Assembly: GCA_964550575.1 (NCBI GenBank)
Contig: CAZKAA010000001.1
Coordinates: forward strand, 1 to 57,454
Direction of reading: 5' to 3'
DNA: 57,454 nucleotides
Source: an uncultured Candidatus Cloacimonadota bacterium
GTDB taxonomy: Bacteria > Cloacimonadota > Cloacimonadia > Cloacimonadales > Cloacimonadaceae
This document shows positions 11,528 to 23,572 of this stretch, piece after piece. The notes under the pieces were generated by a model. It had not been told where the DNA came from. It did not search any database and saw nothing but the letters and a program-made list of their open reading frames with translations. The position numbers and the translations under genes were made by a program. Position 1 is the first letter of the stretch. Each line of letters opens with the position of its first letter.

Positions 11528-14473
11528 TCAGTATTTAATCAGTTTGAGCGTTTTGCGACAGCTGGCGGATTCTCCGCACAGCAGATAGATTCCCGCCGGG
11601 CAGCTCCCACCGGCATCATCTCTGCCGTCCCACACAAGCTGCTGCGTGCCTTTCGGCGCAGTGCCATCAAGCATGGTGCGCACCAATTCACCCCTGAGGT
11701 TGTAGATTTTGAGGGTGGCTGAGCTCGGTCTGGCGAGTTCCAGGGTAAGTCCTACCTCGCTGGAGAAGGGATTGGGGTAAGCAAGCAAGTTCAATTCCGC
11801 GGCTGGAGCCTGCGAGGGATCCGAAACCCCCACTCCGTCGCGGAGCAACGCCACAAAGGTATCGTATGCCCCCAGGGGTTCGAACTCGGTGTTGGCAAAG
11901 ACCACATTATCGCTGAACTTGCCTGTCACAATACAGTTTTGCAGTTCATCCAGGCAGATGGCGGAGCCCCTGTAGTCACCCAGGTCTTGGGCGGGATATT
12001 GCCAATACTGACCGTTGAGCTTTGCCCAGAGCCAGTTTCCGGAGCTGTCCAGCGCTGCTGTGAGGATGTCCTGGGCGCTGTGGATCTGGGCGTAATTGCC
12101 GCTGTAATACAGATCTTCTCTCGCGTAGCCGGTGATGTAGGAAGTTCCGTTGAGGTCCGTTGCGATCGCCAGCGCTTTATCTTCGCCTACACTGCCGCAG
12201 GATCGCGCCCAACGCCAGTCACCCTGGGGCGAGAGTTTGGCGGCAAAGGCGTCTTTATCCTCCTCGCTAACGATGTAATGGCTGTCGAAATAGACGCAAC
12301 CGGTGAAGTATCCGGCGATGTAGATACATCCTGAGGCGTCGGAACTAATACCAGTTGGGCAGTCTTCATAGAGCCAGCCCACGCTGAGGGCTTCCTCCCA
12401 ATGCAGAGAGGGATCGAGACGGGCGACGAGGATGTCGGACTCGCCCTGGGAAATGAAGGGGCGCTCCCCAAACAAAGCGTTGGAGCAAAATCCCGCGCAA
12501 AGAGCCAGATCGCCGTTGGGCAATATATTCAGCCCTCCCGCGGTATCTTCCGCGTCACCGCCGCCGCGCACAGCCGCCAAGGGCAGCCCGGAAGGATTCA
12601 GTTTGAGCACAAAGATATCCGTACCGCCGTGGCTGGTGAGGGTTTGCGCGCCAAAATCCACGCTTCCGGAAAAGGTGCCTGTCACATAGAGGTTACCCTG
12701 ATTGTCCGACACAATGTCTTTTCCAGCATCCGCGCCCAGTCCGCCGAACGAGACCGCCCACAGCCAGTTGCCCTGTCCGTCCAGCTTTGCCACAAAGGCG
12801 TCCGTGCCGCCCTGACTTGTGAGGTTGTGAGCGCCGAACTGCGCGCTGTTGGCAAAACTTCCCGTAAGGTAGACACCCTGGTTCGCGTCCACAACCATAG
12901 CCTTGGCCGCGTCGTTGCCAGTGCCGCCCGCGGTGCTTATCCACAGCCAGTTGCCATCGCCATCCAGCCTGGCCGCGTAGAGATCGGTGCCAGACTCGCC
13001 GTAGCTGTCATAGACGGAATCCGCGTGGATAAACCCGCCCTCATAGTTGCCGCAGATGAAGTTGTTGCCCAGGCGGTCCTGAAAGACATCCGTGCCCTCG
13101 CTGCCGATGTGGTTGAGCCAGGAAGAGCGCAGCCAGTCGATTTCGCCAGCGGGCGACACCCCGACCACGTTGCACGCACGCACGTCAGGCGCGGTCTGAT
13201 ATGGCCCCACCGGCAGCAAGTCGTTACTTCCCAAAGCGAGAAAGCACCTGCCATTGGGCGCGGACCTGATCATGCTATACAAACTGTAGTATCCCGGAGT
13301 GGGATCGTATGCCCACACCTGATTGAAACTGCTGCTTAACTTCATCAGGACGGTGCCCTTGTCGGCAGTGAAGGCCACTCCCCCCATGGTGAACGGGCCG
13401 GTGTATGAACCCAGCAGATAAAGGTTTCCCCCCGCGTCCCGCGAAAAGGAGCGTCCGCCCACCGTTCCGGACGTTCCCGTGGTAAAAACATCAGTGCTGG
13501 TGCCTCCGGGTCCGAACCGTCGGATACGCATACTGGCGTTGATATTGTCTCCGTCGAAGCTGTAGAGGAGCAGCGCGTTGGCGGAGCCGTCCCAAACAAG
13601 GTCATGTTCCGAGAGAAAATACTCGTGGTAGAGAGGTCTATAGAGCCGGCCAGCCCAGATGCACACGCCCCCGGCACTGTATTTGGCCACGAAGATCCAG
13701 TTGTAATCGTTGTTGGGCCGGTCCAACTGAATTTCCCCCAAATCGACATCGCTGTATGCCCTGCCGCTCACATAGCATTCGCCCCCGGCCCCCGCCGCGA
13801 CGAGGTTGCCTACCACATCCCGCCAGCCCGTAGCCTGCCTGGCCCAAACCCAGTCTCCCGCGGAATTCATCCGCGCAACATACATATCGTCATAATCCTC
13901 GCAAGTTAGGGTGATATCGCCGAAGTTGAGGGCGTAGTCGCCAAAAGTTCCGGTGAAGAAACAGCTGCCATCCAAACCCACCGAGAAAGCGTTTTCATAT
14001 CCGCTGCCGGTGATGTCGTTCACCCAAAGATAGTTGCCCTCGGGATCCAGTTTGGCGATCAAACTCCCCACTGAACTTGCGACCAGGGTATAATTGCCCA
14101 GGTTGACCGTACCCCAGAATCTTGCCGTGTAATAGAGGCATCCCGCGCCATCGGTGCCGAGGTGCTGGGGGCTGACATTGATGTTTTCAAAGGAAATGAT
14201 CCACAGGGTGTTGCCAGCGCTGTCCAGTTTCCAGATAACCCTGTCGGATTGAAAGTGATGAGGCGGATACTCCGGATAACCCAAAAAGCTCAGTCCGTCG
14301 ACGTAGGCCAAGGTGTAACTGTTGCCATACACGTCCGCGACCGAGTCGTTGGACCCGGCGAAATGGGTGGCGGTCTGTAACTGCGACACATTGGTCCAGC
14401 CGGGTGCTTGAGCCCAAAGCATGCCGGACGCGAGTACAAGAACCAAAACCGCTGGCAAAGCATTGCGTGGCAT
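11528..14473 (-). CDS. Secreted SBBP-repeat beta-propeller protein with a C-terminal FlgD-Ig/T9SS-like domain
   Basis: GGGAGG RBS and signal peptide; repeated D.FVAKLD..GNWLWA..GG...D....I..D..GN.Y.TG.F; C-terminal AYPNPF..IYNLRGELVR..WDGRD..AGIY. Confidence 0.88.
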   Translation of the reverse strand: MPRNALPAVLVLVLASGMLWAQAPGWTNVSQLQTATHFAGSNDSVADVYGNSYTLAYVDGLSFLGYPEYPPHHFQSDRVIWKLDSAGNTLWIISFENINVSPQHLGTDGAGCLYYTARFWGTVNLGNYTLVASSVGSLIAKLDPEGNYLWVNDITGSGYENAFSVGLDGSCFFTGTFGDYALNFGDITLTCEDYDDMYVARMNSAGDWVWARQATGWRDVVGNLVAAGAGGECYVSGRAYSDVDLGEIQLDRPNNDYNWIFVAKYSAGGVCIWAGRLYRPLYHEYFLSEHDLVWDGSANALLLYSFDGDNINASMRIRRFGPGGTSTDVFTTGTSGTVGGRSFSRDAGGNLYLLGSYTGPFTMGGVAFTADKGTVLMKLSSSFNQVWAYDPTPGYYSLYSMIRSAPNGRCFLALGSNDLLPVGPYQTAPDVRACNVVGVSPAGEIDWLRSSWLNHIGSEGTDVFQDRLGNNFICGNYEGGFIHADSVYDSYGESGTDLYAARLDGDGNWLWISTAGGTGNDAAKAMVVDANQGVYLTGSFANSAQFGAHNLTSQGGTDAFVAKLDGQGNWLWAVSFGGLGADAGKDIVSDNQGNLYVTGTFSGSVDFGAQTLTSHGGTDIFVLKLNPSGLPLAAVRGGGDAEDTAGGLNILPNGDLALCAGFCSNALFGERPFISQGESDILVARLDPSLHWEEALSVGWLYEDCPTGISSDASGCIYIAGYFTGCVYFDSHYIVSEEDKDAFAAKLSPQGDWRWARSCGSVGEDKALAIATDLNGTSYITGYAREDLYYSGNYAQIHSAQDILTAALDSSGNWLWAKLNGQYWQYPAQDLGDYRGSAICLDELQNCIVTGKFSDNVVFANTEFEPLGAYDTFVALLRDGVGVSDPSQAPAAELNLLAYPNPFSSEVGLTLELARPSSATLKIYNLRGELVRTMLDGTAPKGTQQLVWDGRDDAGGSCPAGIYLLCGESASCRKTLKLIKY

Positions 14474-14679
14474 CCTGATACCTCCCTCGCGGATGCTGGT
14501 TGGAGCACATGTACCTTCTCCCCAACCCCGCGCGCGTTCATGTTCCCAAACACGCGTCGTTTGTCAAGCAATATTCGCTGTGGAGGCCTGTCCGCCGCAG
14601 AAGTCGTTTCCGACTCTGGCGAGGCAGCGTGGCAACACCCGGGCGGAAATAACCGCACCGTTGCTAAGACAAAAAGTAC

Positions 14680-16545
14680 TTAATTGCCAGCCGTGACCTT
14701 GAAGCAGGCATTCGCATCCAGAGGATCGATCCAGGTTGAGGCTATGCCGTCATTCAGGTAGTGGTCGTAAACTTTTTCAGGAAAGGCAGTATAGGAACCG
14801 TAGGGATCAGTCGCTTTGAAAACCCTGTAATAGGTGGCGTTGTCCACCTGATCCCAGGACAGCAGCAAGCTGTCTCCGCTCACAGACAGAGCGGCATTTT
14901 GCGGAATCCCCGGAGTGGCAAGCGATCCGCTCAGGGTTACAACTCTCTCTGTAGTGCCGGAAACAACGCGCCAAACGCCGAAGTTGTAGGGAAGAACATC
15001 CTTGTAATCCGAACCAGACGACTGCAGATAGTCGTTGAAGTACCAGGAGGCTGGACCCATCATGGACATGAAGGTGAATCGAGGACAGGACACGCTGCCC
15101 TGAATGAGGCAAATCTGGTTGCCGGTGCCATTCAGCGCCATCTGGTAACAACTGATGGTGCCGTAGTTGAAGAGGTTTCCCGCCACGCGGAAATAGGTAT
15201 TGCTGTCGGTGTCGTTGGTTATCGTACCCCAATTGATAAGGTCGTCGTAGACATAAACGTATTGAACGCTCCACCAGGCACGCAGAATTCCCATGTTCAC
15301 ACAATTCTGGAAATAGACGTTGCCATAGGTCTGCACGGTGCCGCGGGTGATGATGTTCCCGCAATTGGTTTCATAGAGATAGGCGTCGTTGGTCATGGTC
15401 AAATCGCTGAAGCCATTGGTGCCCAGAGTGGTGCGGTAGATCATGCCTCCATCCGCAGAGATGCCGTAGTTGTGAGTGTCGTCAAACATCAGCAGGGGGC
15501 GGTTGTTCATGTCCACCGTCATGTTTTGGAAGCGCAGGCTGGATAGCATCGACACGAAACCGGATGTTTCAGTGGAAGGTTTTCCCCAGGTGTTGCCGGT
15601 AAAGGGCTGCGCATCGGGGCTCTGATACACATATTGGAAACCTGTGTCCATAAAGTAACAGAAAAAGCTATTCATCGTTCCGTAGTTATAGAGATCTCCA
15701 AATAGCCTCAGATATACGTTTCCGGTTTGGTTCTGGATTGTACCACGGCAGATCAGGTCCTCATATACGTATAGATTATAGGAGCCGTTGTTCCAAGTGT
15801 TGACTGTGCAGGCCTCTCCGATGGTGAGGTTTTCGAAGGTGTTGTCCTGATAATAGAACACATTGCCTTCAAGGAAGATGTCTTCGGCGGTTACGGCATA
15901 AAGGTAGCAGTTGTTGCTGAGAGCGAGGCCGCATAAGCCTTCAGTATCCAGGTTTGCACGGTAGAGTATGCCGCTGTTTAAAGAAATCCCATAATTGTTG
16001 CCATTTTGGGACATATGCACGGTGTGGCTGTAGAGGTCAACCTGGCAGTTTTCGAAGCGCAGGTCGGAAAGCATCTGGTATTCGGCGGTGCCTGACCAAG
16101 ATTGGAAGTATGTGCAGGCGATCGGCCCGGCGATCTCGTCCTGGTAAAGGGTTGTGGGCTCTGTGGAATTAAGAACCACCCTATAGTTGTTGAGGACGCC
16201 GCCGTGGGCGAAATGCAGCCCCACATAGACTGTAAGGGAGCCGGTGGCGTTGTCTTCGCAGGAACCGAAGTTGGTGAAGCTTTGGGAGATGGTGAGAGTC
16301 CAGTTGATCCCGGCGCCGTTCATGATCGAGCCGGTTTGATCGATGCTAAGGTTGGCGCAGGTGACGTGATTGTTGACAAAAACAAGTCCAAGAATGACGA
16401 CGTCGTCCAGGGAAGTGGGGACGCTGCCGCCCACCCAGGTTGAGGGCGAAGTCCAGTTTCCTCCGATGGAGGTGGAATAGACTACATTGGCTGATAATGA
16501 GAAACCGGCAAGGGAAAGCAGCAAAAACAACAGAATAGTCTTCAT
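14680..16545 (-). CDS. Secreted beta-strand-rich protein with an internal duplication and an Fn3-like C-terminal domain
   Basis: GAGGAG RBS and signal peptide; GNWTSPSTWVGGSVP motif; duplicated MLS.LRF.N..VD...NYGIS...G..YR segment; C-terminal LSWDQVDNATYYRVF..FKVTA. Confidence 0.8.
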   Translation of the reverse strand: MKTILLFLLLSLAGFSLSANVVYSTSIGGNWTSPSTWVGGSVPTSLDDVVILGLVFVNNHVTCANLSIDQTGSIMNGAGINWTLTISQSFTNFGSCEDNATGSLTVYVGLHFAHGGVLNNYRVVLNSTEPTTLYQDEIAGPIACTYFQSWSGTAEYQMLSDLRFENCQVDLYSHTVHMSQNGNNYGISLNSGILYRANLDTEGLCGLALSNNCYLYAVTAEDIFLEGNVFYYQDNTFENLTIGEACTVNTWNNGSYNLYVYEDLICRGTIQNQTGNVYLRLFGDLYNYGTMNSFFCYFMDTGFQYVYQSPDAQPFTGNTWGKPSTETSGFVSMLSSLRFQNMTVDMNNRPLLMFDDTHNYGISADGGMIYRTTLGTNGFSDLTMTNDAYLYETNCGNIITRGTVQTYGNVYFQNCVNMGILRAWWSVQYVYVYDDLINWGTITNDTDSNTYFRVAGNLFNYGTISCYQMALNGTGNQICLIQGSVSCPRFTFMSMMGPASWYFNDYLQSSGSDYKDVLPYNFGVWRVVSGTTERVVTLSGSLATPGIPQNAALSVSGDSLLLSWDQVDNATYYRVFKATDPYGSYTAFPEKVYDHYLNDGIASTWIDPLDANACFKVTAGN

Positions 16546-16780
16546 AGGGAACTCCTCATATCATGAATTTTGTTAATAGTTATCCGTCTATGGTGATGTC
16601 AAGGAATATATCTGCCCGGAATAATGGGGTTGTGGCGTGTCGGCAACAGCGACAGGCGGGAAAGGTTGCAATGAGCGGCGCGGAACTGCGGAAGTAATCG
16701 CAGGGAAACATTCCCCTTGACAAGATACTGTGTTTCAGAATGTTTGATCTCTCAGTCTATAAACAAAGGTGGTGATTTGC

Positions 16781-16987
16781 TTGCCGACAGTCGTAGCCAA
16801 GGAAAATGAATCTTTCGATTACCTGTTGAAACGATTCAAGAAGAAATGCGAGAAAGCCGCGATTCTTTCCGATATAAAGAAGAAACAAGCCTACGAAAAG
16901 CCCAGCGTCCGGAAAAAACGCGAGGCCAACGCTGCGTATCGCAAGATACTCAAGATGCAGCGCAGAATGCAGCGCTATATGAAGTAA
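16781..16987 (+). CDS. rpsU: 30S ribosomal protein S21
   Basis: ENESFDYLLKRFKKKCEKA..YEKPSVRKK; TTG start at 16781 after a GGTGGTGA RBS. Confidence 0.95.
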   Translation: MPTVVAKENESFDYLLKRFKKKCEKAAILSDIKKKQAYEKPSVRKKREANAAYRKILKMQRRMQRYMK

Positions 16988-17023
16988 CGCGGACCGCATC
17001 CGCCTTTCAGACTTGAACCATTC

Positions 17024-17053
17024 GCAACAGGGATTCGTCCCTGTTTGCTTTTT
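17024..17053 (+). terminator. Intrinsic terminator/attenuator after rpsU
   Basis: AACAGGGA-TTCG-TCCCTGTT stem-loop followed by TGCTTTTT. Confidence 0.7.
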
Positions 17054-17077
17054 CTGTGCCGAAACAAGGAGAACCGT

Positions 17078-17611
17078 ATGGGCGTCATTGACTGGATAAT
17101 TCTGGCAGTTTTGCTGGTGATGGCCTTTTTGGGATACCGCAAGGGATTTGCCAAGACCGCGGTGAGCATCGGGGGCGCGATCGCCACCTTCTATCTGATC
17201 GGCCAGGTCTATCCGCTGCTGCGGAATCTGCTGATCGCGACCTACAAGTTCAACGCCACCCTGGCCACGACGATCGCGATCCTGCTGTTCCTGCTGATCA
17301 TGGGAGTGGTGGTGATCATTCTGGCGTGGCTGCTGAACCGTGTCCTCAGCGCCATCCACCTCACCGGTTTGAACAAGCTATTCGGCTTGCTTTTCGGACT
17401 GCTGCACGGGCTGGTGGTCGTGATGGTCTGCATGATCGTGCTGGACTATCTGCCATCGCTCTCGGGTCCGCTGAAAGACCCTGAAGCCCACAAGGCGTAT
17501 TACCGCGTGGACAGGATCAAGGAAGGCGTGTTCAAAAACCTTAACCTGAACCAGAAAAGCAAGTATCTGGAGATCATCCACAGGGACGGGCAGGCGCAGC
17601 AAGACAAATGA
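17078..17611 (+). CDS. cvpA: CvpA-family membrane protein
   Basis: IDWIILAV..GYRKGF, L..LNKLFGLLFG, four hydrophobic segments; AAGGAG RBS before ATG 17078. Confidence 0.85.
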   Translation: MGVIDWIILAVLLVMAFLGYRKGFAKTAVSIGGAIATFYLIGQVYPLLRNLLIATYKFNATLATTIAILLFLLIMGVVVIILAWLLNRVLSAIHLTGLNKLFGLLFGLLHGLVVVMVCMIVLDYLPSLSGPLKDPEAHKAYYRVDRIKEGVFKNLNLNQKSKYLEIIHRDGQAQQDK

Positions 17612-19956
17612 ACGAAGCCGAGTTCTATGCGGATCTGGAGTATGGCCGCCTGAGGGAAAAGATCTCCCTCCGCAGCCATAGCCAACTGGGCAAAAAGCAA
17701 GCCGAAGCGCTTGAGCCGCTATCCGACAGGCGGGCAATTGAAGCCAGCCTGGAGACTGTCTCCTCGCTGATGGAGTGCCTGGAGCGGGGCTTGGACTTTG
17801 ATCTTGCTGAGTTGTCCGACATTTCCGCGCTTTTCGACGCGGCGGAGCACTCGCTCTTCGGCTGGGAGGAATTCCAGCAGGTGTATCTGAACGCCAGGCT
17901 GGCGGTGATTGTTGCCTCCGCGCGGGAAAGCGTGGAGGGATTCCGGACTCTGGCCAGGCTCTGGCGCAAGATCACGCCGCAAAAGGAGATCTGCCGGAGA
18001 TTCGAAGAGATATTCGACCCCGAGGGCGAAGTGTTGGACTCCGCATCGCCGGAACTTTCCCGCATCCGCAAGCGCAGCGCGTCATTGCAGCGGAACATCC
18101 TCAAGACCATGCAGGGCATGCTCTCCGATCCCCGCTACGAAGGCTTTTTGCAGGACAAGTTCATCACCCGGCGAGACGAACGCTATGTGCTGCCCATCAA
18201 AGAAAACGCCGGGGCTTACGTGCCCGGCATCGTGCAAAGCCAGTCGGGTAGCAAGGCTACGCTTTTCATCGAACCGCAGAGCGTGGTTCCTCTCAACAAC
18301 GAGCTTCAGATCCTCAAGCAGGAGGAAAAGCGGGAGATATTCAACATCTTTACCGCCTACACCAGCCAGATCAGGGAACGCAAAAGCGACTTGCTCGCCA
18401 ATCAGGAAGCGCTGGCGGAGTTGGATTTCCGGCTTGCCTGCGCCAGGATCTGCCGCCAGTTGGGTGCCAACGTTCCCAAGATCGTGGAACGTCCCATCCT
18501 GAACCTTACCTCGGCAAGGCATCCGCTGCTCATCATGCGTTTGGGCAAGCCGGGGCAGGTCATTCCCTTTGACCTCTCCATCGGTGGCGAAACCAGGATC
18601 ATCCTGCTCAGCGGGCCGAATACCGGAGGCAAGACCGTGCTGATGAAGTCCGCGGGGCTGCTGACCCTGATGGCGTTATCCGGGCTTCCCATACCGGCAG
18701 CGCCGGACAGCGAAGTGGGCATGTTTTCCCACGTGTTCGCGGATATCGGCGACGACCAGTCGATCGAAAACGCCCTCTCAACCTTTTCGTCCCATGTGCA
18801 AAAGATCCAGCGCATGCTGGCGGCGGCAGACGAAAACAGCCTCATCCTGATCGACGAGATCGGCGCGGCGACAGACCCCCAGCAGGGTTCCGCCCTCGCG
18901 CAGGCAATTCTTGAACAATTCACTCTCACGGGCTGCAAGGCGGTCGTCACCACCCACTACACCGCGCTCAAGATCTTTGCGGAAACCCATCCCGCCTGCC
19001 TGAACGCCTCCATGCAGTTCGACCTTAAAAGCCTGCAGCCGACCTATCGTTTTTCCACCGGAATTCCGGGAGACAGTTTCGCGATCGAGGTCGCCGCATC
19101 GCTGGGCCTCTCCGCCGAACTCATTGAACGGGCGCGAACGCTTAGCGGTTCCCAAAATCTCGAATTCACTGAATTGCTGAAGAAGATGCAGGCGGAAAAA
19201 AAGGCTCTCGGACGTGCATCCTACGAGTATCAGCTCAAAACCCGCAACCTGGAGGCAAAGCTCGGGGAACTGACCGGCAAGGAAGCCGCCCTCGAGGCGG
19301 AGCTGAAGCAACGCAAGCAGAAGTTCATCAAAGAGTTGCAGAGCGAGTTGATCTCCCAGCAAAAGCTCTATCAACAGGAACAGGACGCCCTGAAGAAACT
19401 GGACAAAGAGCAACGTAAATCACTTTCGGAAAGAAAATTGCATGAAATATCCGACAAGTTGCAGGAGATCCGGGCGGAGTTGGAGCAAAACGGCGCTGAC
19501 ACCCGACAACCGATCCGCGACCCCCAGCCAGGAGACCTGGTGTATCTGTCCAATTTCGACACCGAGGCGACGCTGCTGGAGATCAGAGACAACATCGCGG
19601 TCGTGGATATGAACGGGATCAGCTTCCGAACTCCGCTGGACAGCCTCTACGCGGCGAGCGCGAAACCGGTTGCGCAGCCTCAGGTAGCTCCGGCGAGAAG
19701 CACCGCCGTGCCGAAAGCGAGGTTTGAACTCAAGCTGCTTGGGCTGACCTTCGACGAAGCGAAGCCATTGCTCGACGAGTTTCTGGACGACGCGGTCCTG
19801 GCGGGGCTGCACACTCTGTGCGTTGTGCACGGCAAAGGCACAGGCGCGTTGCGTAACAAGGTGCGCGAATATTTGCAAAGGAAGAAGCAGGTGATTTCGC
19901 TGGAAACGCCCATCCCCGCGGAGGGCGGAAGCGGAGTGACCCTGGTCAAGATATAG
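17608..19956 (+). CDS. mutS2: MutS2 (ATPase, coiled coil, KOW, Smr)
   Basis: SGPNTGGKT, DIGDDQSIENALSTFS, IDEIGAATDP, VTTHY, C-terminal VVHGKGTG..EGGSGVT; ATGA overlap with cvpA. Confidence 0.95.
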   Translation: MNEAEFYADLEYGRLREKISLRSHSQLGKKQAEALEPLSDRRAIEASLETVSSLMECLERGLDFDLAELSDISALFDAAEHSLFGWEEFQQVYLNARLAVIVASARESVEGFRTLARLWRKITPQKEICRRFEEIFDPEGEVLDSASPELSRIRKRSASLQRNILKTMQGMLSDPRYEGFLQDKFITRRDERYVLPIKENAGAYVPGIVQSQSGSKATLFIEPQSVVPLNNELQILKQEEKREIFNIFTAYTSQIRERKSDLLANQEALAELDFRLACARICRQLGANVPKIVERPILNLTSARHPLLIMRLGKPGQVIPFDLSIGGETRIILLSGPNTGGKTVLMKSAGLLTLMALSGLPIPAAPDSEVGMFSHVFADIGDDQSIENALSTFSSHVQKIQRMLAAADENSLILIDEIGAATDPQQGSALAQAILEQFTLTGCKAVVTTHYTALKIFAETHPACLNASMQFDLKSLQPTYRFSTGIPGDSFAIEVAASLGLSAELIERARTLSGSQNLEFTELLKKMQAEKKALGRASYEYQLKTRNLEAKLGELTGKEAALEAELKQRKQKFIKELQSELISQQKLYQQEQDALKKLDKEQRKSLSERKLHEISDKLQEIRAELEQNGADTRQPIRDPQPGDLVYLSNFDTEATLLEIRDNIAVVDMNGISFRTPLDSLYAASAKPVAQPQVAPARSTAVPKARFELKLLGLTFDEAKPLLDEFLDDAVLAGLHTLCVVHGKGTGALRNKVREYLQRKKQVISLETPIPAEGGSGVTLVKI

Positions 19957-21690
19957 ATGGACAACAGTTTAATAGAACAGATCAGACGCAGCAACGACAT
20001 CGTGGACGTCGTGCAGGAATACCTGCCGCTCAAGCACGTCGGCTCCAACTGGCGTGGGATCTGTCCGTTTCACAACGACACCAACCCCTCCCTCTATGTC
20101 AGTCAGCCGAAGCAACTATTCAAGTGTTTCGCCTGCGGCAAGGGCGGCAATGTCTTCACCTTCGTGCAGGACTACGAGAAGCTGAGCTTCATCGAAGCCG
20201 TTAAAAAACTTGCCAGCCGCGCCGGCATCGCCATCCCGGACTTTGAGCGCACCAAAACCGTCTCCACCAAGCGCGACCAGATGCTCCAAGTCTATAAGAC
20301 GGCGCGGGATTTCTTTTCCGAAAACCTTTTCAAGCACGGCAAGGACGTGCTGGACTATCTCCAGAAGCGTTCCCTGAGCCCGGAAACCGCCAAAACCCTG
20401 GAACTCGGATACGCGCTCAACGGCGAGAAAGCCCTGCTCGGCCATCTGATGAAGGAAGGCCACTCCGTCTCATTGCTCAAGGAATCGGGCCTCTTCGGCA
20501 ACTACTCCGGAAACCTAGTGGATTTTTTCCGCAACCGCCTGATGTTCCCCATCCACAACAACATCGGCGAAGTCATCGCCTTCGGCGGCAGGATGCTCGA
20601 TCCCGAAGGAAGCGGCGGCAAATACGTCAATACTCCCGGCACGGAGCTTTACACCAAGGGCAGGGAACTCTACGGCCTGTTCAAGACCAAGTATGAGATT
20701 TCCAAGGCAGGATTCGTGCTCGTTTGCGAAGGCTATTTCGACTTCCTGCGCCTCTACGAATCGGGATTCCTGAATTCTGTGGCGTCTCTCGGGACGGCTC
20801 TCACCGACGACCAGATATTTCTCGTATCTCGCTACGCGAACAGCGTGTATATGCTCTACGACGGAGACGCCGCGGGAGTCAAGAACGCCCTCCGCGGTGC
20901 TCTGATGTGCCTTGCCAAGGGTCTGGACGCCTATATCGTCGAACTCCCGGACAAGCACGATCCGGACTCCTTCCTGCTGGCAAACGGAACCCAGGCCCTG
21001 CGGGACCTGATCGACTCCGCCAAAGGCGTGGTGGAATTCATAGCCTCTCGCAAGGATAAAACCCCGCCCGGCGAGCGCATCGACCAGATCCTGGACGCGG
21101 TGCGCGGAGTTTCCGATCCCGTGAAGCGCGAACTCATTGTCCGCGAGGTTTCCGAGTCCTTCGGAGTATCTTCCGCCGCCCTGCTGAGCAAGCTCCGCCG
21201 CACCGGAACGGCTCCCCGGACGCCAAGCGAACCGGCGGAATCAGTCAACGCGGCGCGGGAACTTGAAGAAAACCCCGAGGAGCGCTATCTGCTCATCCTC
21301 GCCCTCAATGACAGGGAATCGTTCAATTTACTTGCCCGGGAACTGACTCCGGATTATTTTAATAACATCTCGTACCGGGAACTCTTCAAGTATCTGCTGG
21401 CGCACGTCTCCGCCGCGGATACCGCGGAACCCGCCACTTTGCTTGACAACATGGATAACAACGAATTGAGGGACCTTTTGGCAGAATTTCTTTTCGCGGA
21501 CCTCCAGGACATGCGCATGGACGACATCCTCACACAGGTTAGGCTGCGCAAGATCCAGCGGGACATGCTGGATCTCGACCGCAGGATTATGGCCGATCCA
21601 CAGAACCTGGAACTCCTCGGGCAGAAAAGAGAACTCTCCCAAACCTACCGCCGGATGACCCGCAAGGTCGTCCACAAGGTCTTGTCTTGA
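19957..21690 (+). CDS. dnaG: DNA primase
   Basis: CHC2 zinc finger CPFH..FKCFAC, FRNRLMFPI, KYVNTP, TOPRIM EGYFD..YDGDAAG, DPDS. Confidence 0.97.
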   Translation: MDNSLIEQIRRSNDIVDVVQEYLPLKHVGSNWRGICPFHNDTNPSLYVSQPKQLFKCFACGKGGNVFTFVQDYEKLSFIEAVKKLASRAGIAIPDFERTKTVSTKRDQMLQVYKTARDFFSENLFKHGKDVLDYLQKRSLSPETAKTLELGYALNGEKALLGHLMKEGHSVSLLKESGLFGNYSGNLVDFFRNRLMFPIHNNIGEVIAFGGRMLDPEGSGGKYVNTPGTELYTKGRELYGLFKTKYEISKAGFVLVCEGYFDFLRLYESGFLNSVASLGTALTDDQIFLVSRYANSVYMLYDGDAAGVKNALRGALMCLAKGLDAYIVELPDKHDPDSFLLANGTQALRDLIDSAKGVVEFIASRKDKTPPGERIDQILDAVRGVSDPVKRELIVREVSESFGVSSAALLSKLRRTGTAPRTPSEPAESVNAARELEENPEERYLLILALNDRESFNLLARELTPDYFNNISYRELFKYLLAHVSAADTAEPATLLDNMDNNELRDLLAEFLFADLQDMRMDDILTQVRLRKIQRDMLDLDRRIMADPQNLELLGQKRELSQTYRRMTRKVVHKVLS

Positions 21691-21720
21691 AGGCAAACCC
21701 CCAAATCGCAAGGAGCATTA

Positions 21721-23460
<1,740 letters not shown>

Positions 23461-23495
23461 GCGCCTGCAAAGCAGAGCATTAAAACCATAATAAC

Positions 23496-23523
23496 AAAAA
23501 CCCGGACTTAATCCGGGTTTTTT
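23496..23523 (+). terminator. Intrinsic terminator after rpoD, possibly bidirectional
   Basis: AAAAACCCGGA-CTTAA-TCCGGGTTTTTT. Confidence 0.85.
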
Positions 23524-23572
23524 CCATGTTTCTGTCCAGGCGCGACTGCTCTTCGCGCTGCGGTTGCCTCAG

